64,000 nt of DNA, taken from NCBI GenBank assembly GCA_963832655.1, contig CAWHUW010000009.1, positions 89,675 through 153,674 on the forward strand, read 5' to 3'. Each line of letters opens with the position of its first letter. The stretch's first letter is position 1. Under the pieces are notes generated by a model. It ran no database searches, was not told the DNA's origin, and was given only the letters and a program-made list of their open reading frames with translations. Below, in pieces: positions 29,726 through 39,978 of this stretch. A program made the translations under genes and the position numbers. The DNA comes from an uncultured Thermoleophilia bacterium. Lineage in GTDB: Bacteria > Actinomycetota > Thermoleophilia > UBA2241.

Positions 29726-31033
29726 ATGGCGGACAACGAGCGACGAGCGCGGCGGCGCGACTTCTGGTCGCGGCCCGGCCTTGCGGTTCGCGGCGGGCGC
29801 CTCGAGATCGCCGGGCGCGACGCCGAGGCGCTGGCGCGCACGCACGGCACGCCTCTGTACGTCTTCGACCTGCAGAAGATCGGCGAGCAGGCGCGCGCGC
29901 TGCACGCGGCGCTCGAGGGCGTCGGTCTGCGTCATCGCGTGCTGCTCGCCGTGAAGGCGCAACGCGAGCCGGAGGTGCTCGCCTTCGTGCGCGGTCTCGG
30001 CGCGCCGGGCGAGCACGGGAGCGTCGGTCTCGACGTGTGTTCACCCGGCGAGTTGCTGCACGGGCTCGCCCACGGGTGGCAGGCCGACGAGATCAGCTAC
30101 ACCGGCACCAACGTGAGCGAGCGCGATCTCGACGTCATCCTGGCCCACGAGGTCCACCTGAACCTCGACCTTCTCAGCCAGATCCGCCGCGTGGGGCGCC
30201 GGGCGCCCGGGCGGCGGATCGGGCTGCGCATCAACCCGCGCGCCGGCGCGGCGTGGCGGGGCGAGAACGAGTCGCTCTACAGCAGCCACCGGCCGACGAA
30301 GTTCGGCATCTACCCGGAGCAGCTCGACGAGGCGGTCGCACTGGCGCGGGACTACGGCCTCATCGTCGACACCATCCACTTCCACGTCGGCGACGGCTAT
30401 CTCAGCGACGCCGTGCCTGCGTTCGGCGTCGCCGTCGACCGCGCCGCCCAGGTGGTCGAGAGGGCACGCTCCCTCGGCTGCCCCGTCGAGACGCTCAACG
30501 TCGGCGGCGGGCTGGGGGTGCCCATGGCTCCCGGCGACGCGCCCCTCGACGTGGCCGCCTGGGCGCGCATGCTTGCCGACCGCCTCGCCGGGCTCGACGT
30601 CACCGTGGTGGTCGAGCCGGGCGACTTCCTCGTCAAGGAGGCGGCGATCCTTCTCGGCGAGGTGGTGACCGTGGAGGACCGCATGGGCACCCCGTTCATC
30701 GGTCTCGACATGGGCTGGAACGTCATGAACGACCACTTCATCTACGAGGCGCCCTTCGAGTACGTCGTCTGCGCCCGTGCCGACGCGCCGCGGGAGCGGC
30801 GCGTCACCATCAGCGGCCACATCAACGAGGGCGACGACCTCTGGGCCGAGGACTACCCGTTCCCGGAGGTCGAGGAGGGCGAGATCGTCGCCTGCATCAA
30901 CGTCGGCGGCTACAACCAGGCGATGCAGATGCCGCACTGCCTGCGCCCACCGGCGCCGGCGGTCTACTTCGACGACAGGGACGCCGCGCCGGACGGCGCG
31001 GCCGCCTCACCGAGTGTCAGGAGGGCTGTATGA
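29726..31033 (+). CDS. PLP fold-type III decarboxylase (diaminopimelate decarboxylase-like)
   Basis: 'GTPLYVFD', 'AVKA' (PLP Lys), 'KFG', 'HFHVG', 'NVGGGLG', 'EPG'. Confidence 0.85.
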   Translation: MADNERRARRRDFWSRPGLAVRGGRLEIAGRDAEALARTHGTPLYVFDLQKIGEQARALHAALEGVGLRHRVLLAVKAQREPEVLAFVRGLGAPGEHGSVGLDVCSPGELLHGLAHGWQADEISYTGTNVSERDLDVILAHEVHLNLDLLSQIRRVGRRAPGRRIGLRINPRAGAAWRGENESLYSSHRPTKFGIYPEQLDEAVALARDYGLIVDTIHFHVGDGYLSDAVPAFGVAVDRAAQVVERARSLGCPVETLNVGGGLGVPMAPGDAPLDVAAWARMLADRLAGLDVTVVVEPGDFLVKEAAILLGEVVTVEDRMGTPFIGLDMGWNVMNDHFIYEAPFEYVVCARADAPRERRVTISGHINEGDDLWAEDYPFPEVEEGEIVACINVGGYNQAMQMPHCLRPPAPAVYFDDRDAAPDGAAASPSVRRAV

Positions 31034-32689
31034 GCGCAGTGACCCCGTCCGGTCAGCGGTACGACGCGGTGGTGATCGGCGGCGGCCACAACGGTCTGGT
31101 GGCGGCGTTCTACCTCGCTCGCGGGGGGCTCCGTACGCTGGTCCTGGAGCGTCGCGAGATGGTCGGCGGCATGGCCGTCACCGAGGAGTTCGCCCCCGGC
31201 TTCCGCGCTTCCCCGGGGGCGTACGTGCTGGCCATGCTCGGCGAGCACATCTGGCGCGACATGCGGCTCGCCGAGCGCGGCCTGCACGTCGACGCCTGCG
31301 GCCCGAGTCTGAATGTCTACCCGAGCGGCGCCCACTTCTGGATGGAGGAGCACGCCGTCGACGCGGCGAGGGAGGTGGGCCGCTTCTCGAAGAAGGACGC
31401 CGCCGCCTACCCGCGGTTCGACGAGGGACTGACGCGGATCGCGCGCTGGTTCGGGCCGCTCTTCGGCCTCACGCCTCCCGACCTCAGCATGCGGACGCGC
31501 CGCCGACTGGGGCCGAATGGCCCGCCTCGGCGGCACGGCGCTCAAGAACCGCAAGCAGCTGCTCGACGCCTACCAGCTCATGATGGCGTCGAGCACGACC
31601 TACCTGGACGAGCGCTTCGAGTCGGACGAGGTCAAGGCGGGCCTCGCCTGGTTCTCGATCAACGACTCGGTCTCGGGGCCTTCGACCCCGGGCACCGCCT
31701 ACACGCTCCTGCACGAGTACGCCTCCTCGGAGGCCGGCGGCGGCGTGCGCAAGTGGGGCTTCGTGCGCGGCGGCATCGGCATCCTGGGCCGGCTCATGGC
31801 CGACGCCGTGCGCGAGGCAGGCGGCGAGGTGCGCACGAACGCCGCCGTGGAGCGCGTGCTCGTCTCGGGCGGGCAGGCGACCGGCGTGCTCCTGGCGGGC
31901 GGCGAGGAGATCCAGGCCCCGCTGGTGGTCTCCAACGCCGATCCCAAGACGACCATGCTCGGCCTCGTCGGCGAGGAGAACCTCGACGCCGGCTTCTGCA
32001 GCTCTCTCAAGACGTTCATCACCGACGGCACGAGCATCAAGGTGAACCTGGCGCTGGGCGCGCTGCCCAAGCTGGCCTTCCCGGCGCTCAACGACGGCGA
32101 CGGCGTGCAGCGCTACCACCGCAGCATCATCGAGCTGACCAGCTCGATCCGCCAGATGGACCTCAACCAGGCCGAGGCGCGCGCCGGCATCCCGGCCAAG
32201 GACTATCCCCATGTCGAGTGCTGCTTCCCCACGGTCTTCGACCCGTCGCTGGCGCCGGAGGGCAAGCACATCATGACCATCGACATGAACTCGCAGCCCT
32301 ACACCTTGCGCGACGGGTCGAACTGGGACGACATCATCGGCGACGTCGCCGACCGCTGCATCAAGCAGCTGTGCGACTGCTTCCCGGGGCTCGACGGCAT
32401 GATCGAGCATCGGCAGACGCTCTCGCCGCTCGACATGGAGCGCCTCTTCAACGCCACCGGCGGCCACGCCCTGCACGGAGACATGGGCGACCACCAGATG
32501 TTCTTCTTGCGCCCCGTGCGCGGCTGGGCCAGCTATCGGATGCCCGTCCGTAACCTGTACCTCTGCGGCGCCGGCACCCATCCGGGAGGCGGCATCTCGG
32601 GAGCCAACGGGACCAACTGCGCCAACGAAGTGCTCCACGACGCGAAGAAGATGAAGCTCGCGGCGAAGCCCGGGGGCGACGGGCGATGA
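31030..32689 (+). CDS. FAD-dependent oxidoreductase, phytoene dehydrogenase-related (COG1233) (frameshift near 31500)
   Basis: 'IGGGHNGLVAA.YLA', 'GGMAVTEE', 'GFVRGG', 'NLYLCGAGTHPGGG'. Confidence 0.85.
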
Positions 32690-33051
32690 GCGGCCTGCCG
32701 GCGATCGGCAACGCGGCCGGGGTGCCGCTCGAACCGGAGGACTTCGCTCCCGGGGCGGTCATCGAGGGATCGCCGCGCATGATGAGCCACGACCTCTACG
32801 TCTCGCCCGACGAGCGCGTGTTCAGCGGCATCTGGAGCGTCACGCCCGGCAGGTTCCACGACGTGATGGACGGCGACGAGACCTTCGTCGTGCTCGCCGG
32901 CCGCATGACCGTCGAGCCCGAGGACGGCAGCCCGCCGTTCGAGGTCGGGACGGGCGACGTCTGCGTGTTCGCGGCGGGCTACCGCAGCGTGTGGACGGTT
33001 CACGAGACGATCGTCAAGGGGTACCACATCGAGCTGCCGGCGGGAGGCTGA
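32686..33051 (+). CDS. Cupin, DUF861/EutQ-like
   Basis: 'SGIWSVTPG.F', 'ETFVVLAG', 'WTVHETIVK.Y'. Confidence 0.85.
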   Translation: MSGLPAIGNAAGVPLEPEDFAPGAVIEGSPRMMSHDLYVSPDERVFSGIWSVTPGRFHDVMDGDETFVVLAGRMTVEPEDGSPPFEVGTGDVCVFAAGYRSVWTVHETIVKGYHIELPAGG

Positions 33052-33058
33052 CACGGCG

Positions 33059-34251
33059 GTGCCGCCGGCAGAGCCGGCCTCGCCGTCCGCGGCGGGCGCA
33101 CCTCCGCCCGCGCTCGGCGCGAGCGCGCTCGCGAGCGCGCTCGCGTGGGCGCGCGACGAGCTGGTGCGCCTGGTCGAGATCCCCTCGCCCTCCGGCGAGG
33201 AGGCGGCCGTCGTCGACTACCTGGAGGGTCGCGATCGCCGAGCTCGGACTGCCGGCGCGGAGGGACCCCGTCGCCGGCGGCTGCGACAACCTCGTCGTCG
33301 GCTGCCCCTTCGAGCCCCGGCTCGCGCTGGTCGCGCACGTCGACACGGTCAAGCCCACCTGGGAGTGGGACGGCGAGGCGCGCGTCCAGGGCGACGAGGT
33401 CTGGGGGGTCGGCTCCGTCGACGACAAGGGCAGCGTGGTCGCCGCGCTGCTGGGACTGCTGCTGGCGCGCGACGCCGGCGTGCCCGTCGTCGACCTTCCG
33501 CTGAGCGTGGGGCTCACGGTCGACGAGGAGGAGGGCGGGACCGGCTCGATCGCCCTCGCACGCTCGCTGCGCCCGCGCCACGCCCTGGTCATGGAATCGT
33601 CGGAGTTCGACATCGCCGTCGCCGAGGCGGGAGTGGTCGAAGTCATGCTCGCGGTGCACGGGCGGAGCGCTCACGGCTCCGTGCCCGAGCAGGGCGACAA
33701 CGCGGTGGTCAAGGCGGCGCGGCTCGTCGTCGCCCTCGACGATCTTCCGTTCCTGCGCCGGGCGCACCCGCTGATCGCGCCGGCCGTCGTCGTCCAGCAG
33801 ATGCACGGCGGCTCGGATCTTCACGTGGTGCCCGACCTGGCCGAGGTCCACCTGGACGTGCGTCTCGGTCCGAACCTGCGCCCGCAGGAGGTGTTCGCCG
33901 AGCTGAGGCGCGCTGGCTGCCCGTCACGACGCGGAGGTGCGCACCATCGAGCTCGCCGACGCCTGGGAGACGCCGGCCGACGCGCCGTTCGTCGCAAGTC
34001 TGCGTCGCGTGGTCGCCGAGACGCTCGGCCGCGAACCTGAGCTCTTCGGGTTCCCCGCCTGGACCGACGCCCACAACATGGTGGAGGTGGGCGGCGCGCA
34101 GGCGGTCGTGTTCGGGCCGGGGCCGCGGCTCTCGACGGCGCACCGGCCGGACGATCACATCGACCTGCGCGAGGTGCTCGACTGCGCGTTGGTGGTCAGG
34201 CGCCTGGCGTGGGACCTGTGGCGCGCCGGCCCCGACTGGCCCGCGAGCTGA
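33059..34251 (+). CDS. M20 family metallo-amidohydrolase (ArgE/DapE-like); frameshifts near 33230 and 33910
   Basis: 'IPSPSGEE', 'AHVDTV', 'GSVDDKG', 'DEEEG', 'GRSAHGS', 'FGPG...AHRPDDHI' spread over three frames. Confidence 0.8.
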
Positions 34252-34710
34252 CGGCGGCGAGCGGCCAGTCGACAAGAGCGCGCCGTGGCGAGGATCTGGA
34301 CGCCGCCGGCGAGCAGCGCGAGCCGCAGCCACAGGTCGGGCCAGGAGAGCGTCTCGCCCCCGTCGCCGAAGCAGCCGCAGCCGATCTCGAGGCCGCGGAG
34401 CAAGGCGCTGGTGAGGGCGCCGGTGTAGACGGCCGCCAGGGCGGCCGTCACGAGCCCGGCGCCCGGCGTCCACAGGCCCGCGATCAGGCAGACGCCCGTC
34501 ACGAGCTCGACCCAGGGCAGGACGATGGCGGTCGCGTTGACGAGCCCCAGCGGCAGGATGCGGTAGTCGTCGATCGCGTCGGCGAAGGGCTGCGGGTCGA
34601 GCAGCGTGTCGAGGCTCGCGTACACGAGCACGGCGCCGGCGGCGAGGCGCAGCACCAGGGTGAGCCGCCGGTCGCCGAGGAGGCGGCCGAAGCCTGCGCG
34701 CGGCGCTCAC
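34155..34710 (-). CDS. MauE/DoxX family redox-associated membrane protein (both ends uncertain, likely frameshifted)
   Basis: 'LPWVELVTG', 'RGLEIGCGCFG'; adjacent to the rhodanese stop. Confidence 0.75.
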
Positions 34711-35174
34711 GGCGCCGCCCCCTGCGTCACGGGAAAGCCGGCCGCCTCCCACGCCGGATAGCCGTCGGCGAGCACACTCACGTCGCGCCAGCCGTTGGCG
34801 GCGAGCCAGGCGCTGAGCTCGAAGGCCGAGGTGCACGCGCCGCCCTCGCAGTAGGCGACGAGAGGCCGCGTGCGGGGGAGCTCGCGACGCAGCTCGCCGA
34901 GCTCCCTCGCACGCTCGTCGAAGGGCACGCTGAGCGCCCCCTCGATGTGTCCGGAGACGTAGTCGTCACGCGGCCGCGCGTCCACGAACGCCGCTCCCCC
35001 GGCCCGGTGGAGCTGGCGGGCCGCGGCGAGCCCGATGGCCGTTCCCGGCGTGGCGTCCGAGGCGAGCAGCGGGATGCCGGCGCCCGACACGGCGTTCGCG
35101 AGCAGGCCGAGCGCACCTCCGACAAGGACGATGGCGACCGCGCCGGCCAGACTCCGGACGAAGCGCTGCCTCAT
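34707..35174 (-). CDS. Membrane-anchored rhodanese-domain protein
   Basis: N-terminal TM, 'FVDARP..DY..GHIEGA', 'YCEGGACTSA', 'GYPAWEAAGFP'. Confidence 0.85.
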   Translation of the reverse strand: MRQRFVRSLAGAVAIVLVGGALGLLANAVSGAGIPLLASDATPGTAIGLAAARQLHRAGGAAFVDARPRDDYVSGHIEGALSVPFDERARELGELRRELPRTRPLVAYCEGGACTSAFELSAWLAANGWRDVSVLADGYPAWEAAGFPVTQGAAP

Positions 35175-35193
35175 CGCCCGCTCACGTTCGGGC

Positions 35194-36627
35194 TCAGCCC
35201 GTGCGCCGCCGCACACCGTCGTCGTAGCGCGCCAGCAGTCCCGGCTCGGCCGGCGGGTCGGCGGCCACCTCGGCGATCGCCTCAGCCACCTGCCGGCACG
35301 ACCAGCGGAAGAGGTCGGGCGGCATGTTGATCGCCGGCTGCAGGCGGTAGACCCACTTGCCCCACTGCGTGATGCCCAGGACGCCGCGCCGGACGAGGGT
35401 CTGATGGACGGCGGCGTGAAAGGCCGGTGCAGGCGTGATGGTGAGCTTGTCCGTGACGAACTCGATGCCGACCCAGGCTCCGACGACGCGCACGTCGCCC
35501 ACCTGCTCGTGGCGCGCGACGAGCGGGTCGAGCTCATCGTGGGCGACCTCGGCGAGCGAGCGCGCGTTCTCGAGCGCCCCCTCGGCGACGATCGCGTCGA
35601 TGCCGGCGAGCGCGCCGGCGCACGCCGCGGGGGTCCAGGCGAAGGTGCCGCCGGGCTGCACGTCGGAGTCCGCCATGACGGCTTCGGTGGCCAGCACGGC
35701 GGCGATCGGCTGGCACCCGGCGGCGATGCCCTTGCCCATCAACAGGATGTCCGGCGCAAGGTCCCAGAGCTCGGCCGCGAACATGGTGCCGCAGCGGCCG
35801 AGACAGGTCTGCACCTCGTCGAGGATGAGCATCCAGCCGAAGCGCCGGCAGAGGTCAGTGAGCCGCTGCCAGAACGCCGCCGACGGCGCCAGGATGCCGC
35901 CCTCGCCGACGACGGGCTCGATGAGCACCCCGGCGATCTGTTCCGGGTCCACCTGGTGCACGAGCAGGTGCTCCTCGATGAAGTCGGCGTAGAGCGTGTC
36001 GTCGTAGGGGCCGGGACCCTTGTGGAAGGGAGCCCTGAAGCGGTTCGGATAGGGCGCGAACACCATTCCCGAGACGTACTGGGCGGCGTTGCTGGTCACC
36101 TCGGAGAGGTCGGTGCTGGCGGCGGCCGTGAGGTAGGTCGACTCACCGTGGTACTGGCCGTGGAAGCCGAGGATCATGGGTCGCCCCGTCGCCTCGCGGG
36201 CGAGCTTCACTCCTGCCTCGACGGCCTCGGTGCCGCTGATGCTCGGACCGGCGCGGGTGATGCCCGGAGGCGAGATCTCGACCAGACGTCGCGCCAGCGC
36301 CAGCGCCGGTTCGTTCATCACGTAGTCGGAGATCTCCATGCCGTAGCGGTCCTGGGCCTCCGCCGCGGCGCGGCATGCCGCCGGGTGCGCGCCGAGAGGG
36401 GTCGACCCCCACGCCGAGACGTGGTCGACGAACGTGTTGCCGTCGACGTCCTCGATCAGCCAGTCGCTCTTGCGTGCCTCGACGAACGGCACGTCGACGT
36501 GGTCACGCATGGGGCCGCAGAGCACGGCGTCCGCCGTCGCGAAGAGGCGTGCGGATCGTGGACCCGGCAGCGAGGTGGAGACGCGCGGCAGGGTGAAAGC
36601 GCGACCGTGGCCAGTGCTGGCATCCAT
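35194..36627 (-). CDS. Class III PLP aminotransferase (GABA/ornithine/diamine type)
   Basis: 'SGTEAVEAG.KLAR', 'FHGQYHG', 'IEPVVGEGG', 'ILDEVQT', 'PDILLMGKGIA'. Confidence 0.9.
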   Translation of the reverse strand: MDASTGHGRAFTLPRVSTSLPGPRSARLFATADAVLCGPMRDHVDVPFVEARKSDWLIEDVDGNTFVDHVSAWGSTPLGAHPAACRAAAEAQDRYGMEISDYVMNEPALALARRLVEISPPGITRAGPSISGTEAVEAGVKLAREATGRPMILGFHGQYHGESTYLTAAASTDLSEVTSNAAQYVSGMVFAPYPNRFRAPFHKGPGPYDDTLYADFIEEHLLVHQVDPEQIAGVLIEPVVGEGGILAPSAAFWQRLTDLCRRFGWMLILDEVQTCLGRCGTMFAAELWDLAPDILLMGKGIAAGCQPIAAVLATEAVMADSDVQPGGTFAWTPAACAGALAGIDAIVAEGALENARSLAEVAHDELDPLVARHEQVGDVRVVGAWVGIEFVTDKLTITPAPAFHAAVHQTLVRRGVLGITQWGKWVYRLQPAINMPPDLFRWSCRQVAEAIAEVAADPPAEPGLLARYDDGVRRRTG

Positions 36628-36705
36628 GATGGTGCCCTCCAGTGTAGGGACGGTTCGTAGCGCACCGGGACGGTGCGTAGACCGCGCACCACGTGGGGCC
36701 GCTAG

Positions 36706-36747
36706 GTCGACTGTTGACAGTCTATCAATGACCGGTCATGCTCGCAA
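36706..36747 (-). promoter_or_regulatory. Aminotransferase promoter with heptad operator
   Basis: Minus strand TTGCGA-N17-TAGACT. GACTGTTGACAGTC near-palindrome at 36709-36722; a second perfect palindrome ATGACCGGTCAT at 36728-36739. Confidence 0.75.
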
Positions 36748-36799
36748 TCGTGTCGGGGCCGGAGGAGCGGACGCTGCCCCTTCTGCTCCGTCGGGCCGA

Positions 36800-36829
36800 G
36801 TCCACGGTCCATGGTAGACTGTCAGCCGA
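36800..36829 (+). promoter_or_regulatory. GntR gene promoter (extended -10, probably leaderless) with degenerate heptads
   Basis: GTCCACG-GTCCATG-GTAGACT-GTCAGCC; TG-G-TAGACT 9 nt before ATG 36830; no RBS. Confidence 0.55.
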
Positions 36830-37498
36830 ATGCGCCCGCTGCAGACACGCAAACTGCTTGCCGAAGACGTCGCCGATCGCATCCGCGATGAGATCCTCTC
36901 GGGCGGGTTCTCGCAAGGCGAGCGCCTTGTCGAGGCCAGCATCGCCGAGCAGCTCGGCGTGAGCCGGGGCCCGGTACGCGAGGCATTCAAGCTGCTGCGC
37001 GCCGAAGGCCTCGTCAAGGAGGAGCCGCATCGCGGCACGTTCGTCGTGCGTCTCACGAGCAAAGATGCACGCGAGATCTACGATCTGCGTGCCGCACTCG
37101 AGGCGCGTGCCGCCAAGGAGGTCACGGAGCAGGCTCGCAGTGCCGACTTGCGCACCATGCGGCGTCTCCTGGAGCGCCTGCTTCAGGCCGCCGAGAACGG
37201 CGACGTGGCCGTCGTCTCGCAAGCCGACCTCGCCTTTCACGAGGGTGTGTGTCATCTCACCGGCAACGGTCGCCTGCATGAGGTCTTCATGCGTCACGTC
37301 CCGGTGCTGAGGAACCTGATGAAGCTCGACGAGTACATCTACCGCACGCTCGACGCCGTCGCCGTCGAGCACGAGCCGCTCATGGCTGCGCTCGAGAGCG
37401 GCGACCCCGCTCTGGCGGCGGCGCGCTTCGAGGCCCACGTCGAGCGCGCCAGAGACCAGGTCGCCACCTACATCGACGCCCTGCCAGACCATCCCTAG
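36830..37498 (+). CDS. GntR family (FadR/FCD) transcriptional regulator
   Basis: 'GERLVE..IAEQLGVSRGPVREA' wHTH; FCD 'EIYDLRAALE', 'DLAFH', 'EHE.L..AL'. Confidence 0.93.
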   Translation: MRPLQTRKLLAEDVADRIRDEILSGGFSQGERLVEASIAEQLGVSRGPVREAFKLLRAEGLVKEEPHRGTFVVRLTSKDAREIYDLRAALEARAAKEVTEQARSADLRTMRRLLERLLQAAENGDVAVVSQADLAFHEGVCHLTGNGRLHEVFMRHVPVLRNLMKLDEYIYRTLDAVAVEHEPLMAALESGDPALAAARFEAHVERARDQVATYIDALPDHP

Positions 37499-37516
37499 CC
37501 GCCCGGCGGCCGCGCC

Positions 37517-38627
37517 ATGTGGCTCCTGCGACGGCAGCTTCTGATCCTCGGCGTCGGCGGCGCTCGTCTGCCCGCTGGCGCTTCTGACAGGCTGCGGCGA
37601 GGCGTCGCCGGCGGACGCGACGAGTCCCACCGCCACCACGGCGGCAGGTGACGAGCTCGTTCTCTTCGCGCGACCGCGGCTGATCGCCGCCGCGGGCTTC
37701 GACCGGCCCCAGCAGGGGCCGCTTCTCGGCGCCGTGCGGGCGCTGCCCTACGACTCCGGCGAGGACATCCTCGTCGATCTCGGCGCGGGCCGCAGGGCCG
37801 ACGTCGTCGAGGTCTGCAGCAACGAGAGCGCCGAGCGTCTGGCACGGCAAGGCCTGCTGCAGCCACTCGACACGAGCCGCATCCCGCAATGGGACCGGCT
37901 CTACCCGGTCCTCAAGGACCTGCCCGGCGTGGTCGTCGACGGCGAGGTCTACATGGTGCCGGTCACCGCGGCCGTGACCGGCATCCTCTACGACCCGGCC
38001 GTCGACGCCTCGCCGCCCGACTCCTTCCGCGACCTGTTCAGTCGCCGCCACAAGGGACACCTGGGCTTCGCCGACGATCCTGCTCTGGCGTTCCAGATCG
38101 CCGCCCTCAACCTCGGCCTGCCCGACCCGGCCGGCCTCGACCCCGCGCAGGCGCTCGAGGCCGAGATCTACCTGAAGCACTTCAAGAAGAACTACCTCTC
38201 CTTCTGGTACGACCTCGACAACCTGGCGAGCGCCTTCAAGGGCGGGCGCGTGACGATCGCCGTCGGCGACCGGCGCGACGCGCTCGAGCTCCAGAGACGC
38301 GACGCGCCGGTCGCCTACGCGCTCGCCGCGGAGGGTCAGCCCATCGCCACCTGCGGCCTCGCGATCACGACGCAGGCGCGCGACCTCGACGCCGCCTACG
38401 CGCTCATCGACTACGCGCTGCGACCGGACACGCAGGCCGCCGTCGCGTCCGCCACCGGCGATCTCGTGTCAAACAGGGACGCCGCGAGGCTGGTCGATCC
38501 GGCCGAGCGCGCCCGTCTCGGCCTCGCCGACCTCGCGCGGCTCGACCGGCCCGTGGCGCGCCCGTCGTCCCTCGAGCATCTCGACTGGATCCAGGCCTGG
38601 TACGAGGTCAAGAAGGGGCGCGGCTGA
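37517..38627 (+). CDS. PotD/PotF-like ABC substrate-binding lipoprotein, divergent (frameshift near 37555)
   Basis: Lipobox LTGC, 'GLLQPLDTSRIP', 'DLDAAYALIDY'. Confidence 0.75.
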
Positions 38628-38773
38628 TGTCAGTGACGGAGCCGCCGTGAGCGGCTCGCGACGGGGCAGGCGGACGGCGCGCGTCTTGTGCACCTCCCGT
38701 CCGCGACCCCGGTCGTCGGCCGCTCTGTCGTCGACCCGGCGCCGGCGCCGAGCCTGACTCACGGCGATTGCTC

Positions 38774-38802
38774 TTGCGAGTGTCGACTGTCGACAGTACG
38801 AT
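38774..38802 (+). promoter_or_regulatory. Promoter with heptad operator in the spacer
   Basis: TTGCGA-N17-TACGAT; GTCGACT-GTCGACA-GTACGAT. Confidence 0.8.
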
Positions 38803-38856
38803 GCGGAGGAAGGAGCGGGCAGGGCGCCTGCTCGTCACGCGCGACTGGGGGAAGCC

Positions 38857-39978
38857 ATGGGTGGCCACAGGAACCGACGGAACGCAGCAGTCGTCGTCCT
38901 TGTACTTGTCTTGCCGCTGCTCGCGATCATCGCGGCCTGCGGGTCGGAGGAGGACGCCGCGCCGTCGCCCTCGGCGACCAGCGGCCCGGTCGCCGGCGAC
39001 CTCAAGCTGTTCGCCTACGAGGACGGCTTCGTGCCCGGGTACATCAAGGGCTTCAAGGAGCAGTACCCGGACGTGAACCTGATGGCCAGCGCGTACGACA
39101 GCGGCGACGCCGCCATCGCCAAGCTACGCGCCGGCTTTGAGGCCGACGTCATCAACCTCTGTGTCGAGGAAAACGCCGAGATGGCGGTGAAGCTCAAGCT
39201 CGTGCAGCCGCTCGACATCTCGCGCATCAAGGACTGGGACCGGATCTTCCCCGGGTTCCTCAAGCTGCCCGGGGTCACGATGCCGGACGGCGAGCACTAC
39301 ATGGTCCCGATCGACGCTGGGCCGACCGGCCTGCTCTACGACACGACGAAGGTCACGCCCGCCCCGACGTCCTTCAAAGATCTCTTCGATCCGAAGTGGA
39401 AGGGCAAGGTCGCCATGATCGACTACCCGGTGACGGCCATCCAGATCGGCGCCCTCGCACTCGGCTACACCGACCCGCTGCATCTTACCGACGAGCAGCT
39501 CGAGAACGTCAAGGACCTCTTCATCGAGGCCAAGAAGAACGGCCAGTTCCGCACCTTCTACCAGACCGATTCGGATCAGGTCACGCTCTTCAAGGGCCAC
39601 GAGGTGTGGCTCATGCCGGGGGGGCGCGGGACAGCGCTCGACATCCAGCGTGAGGATGAGCCGGTGGAGTTCCAGATGGCCGAGGAGGGGCAGATCCTCT
39701 GGACCTGCGGTTACGGCATCAGCTCCAAGACGAAGAACCTCGACGCCGCCTACGCGTTGCTGAACTACTACCTGTCGCCCGAGGCCGAGGCGTACGAGGC
39801 AACGCACTGGAACTACATGGTCACCAACATGGACACCCTCGACGTCGTGGATCCGCAGGTGCGCGAGGACGCGGGGCTCGACTTCGCCAACGACCTGGGG
39901 AACGCGATCCCCGCCGCGCCGCCCACGGAGGGGTACGACAAGTGGATCCGTGCCTGGCAGGAGGTCAAGCGCTATTAG
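38857..39978 (+). CDS. PotD/PotF-like ABC substrate-binding lipoprotein
   Basis: Lipobox IAAC, 'LVQPLDISRI', 'SFKDLFDPKWKGKV', 'NLDAAYALLNY'. Confidence 0.88.
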   Translation: MGGHRNRRNAAVVVLVLVLPLLAIIAACGSEEDAAPSPSATSGPVAGDLKLFAYEDGFVPGYIKGFKEQYPDVNLMASAYDSGDAAIAKLRAGFEADVINLCVEENAEMAVKLKLVQPLDISRIKDWDRIFPGFLKLPGVTMPDGEHYMVPIDAGPTGLLYDTTKVTPAPTSFKDLFDPKWKGKVAMIDYPVTAIQIGALALGYTDPLHLTDEQLENVKDLFIEAKKNGQFRTFYQTDSDQVTLFKGHEVWLMPGGRGTALDIQREDEPVEFQMAEEGQILWTCGYGISSKTKNLDAAYALLNYYLSPEAEAYEATHWNYMVTNMDTLDVVDPQVREDAGLDFANDLGNAIPAAPPTEGYDKWIRAWQEVKRY

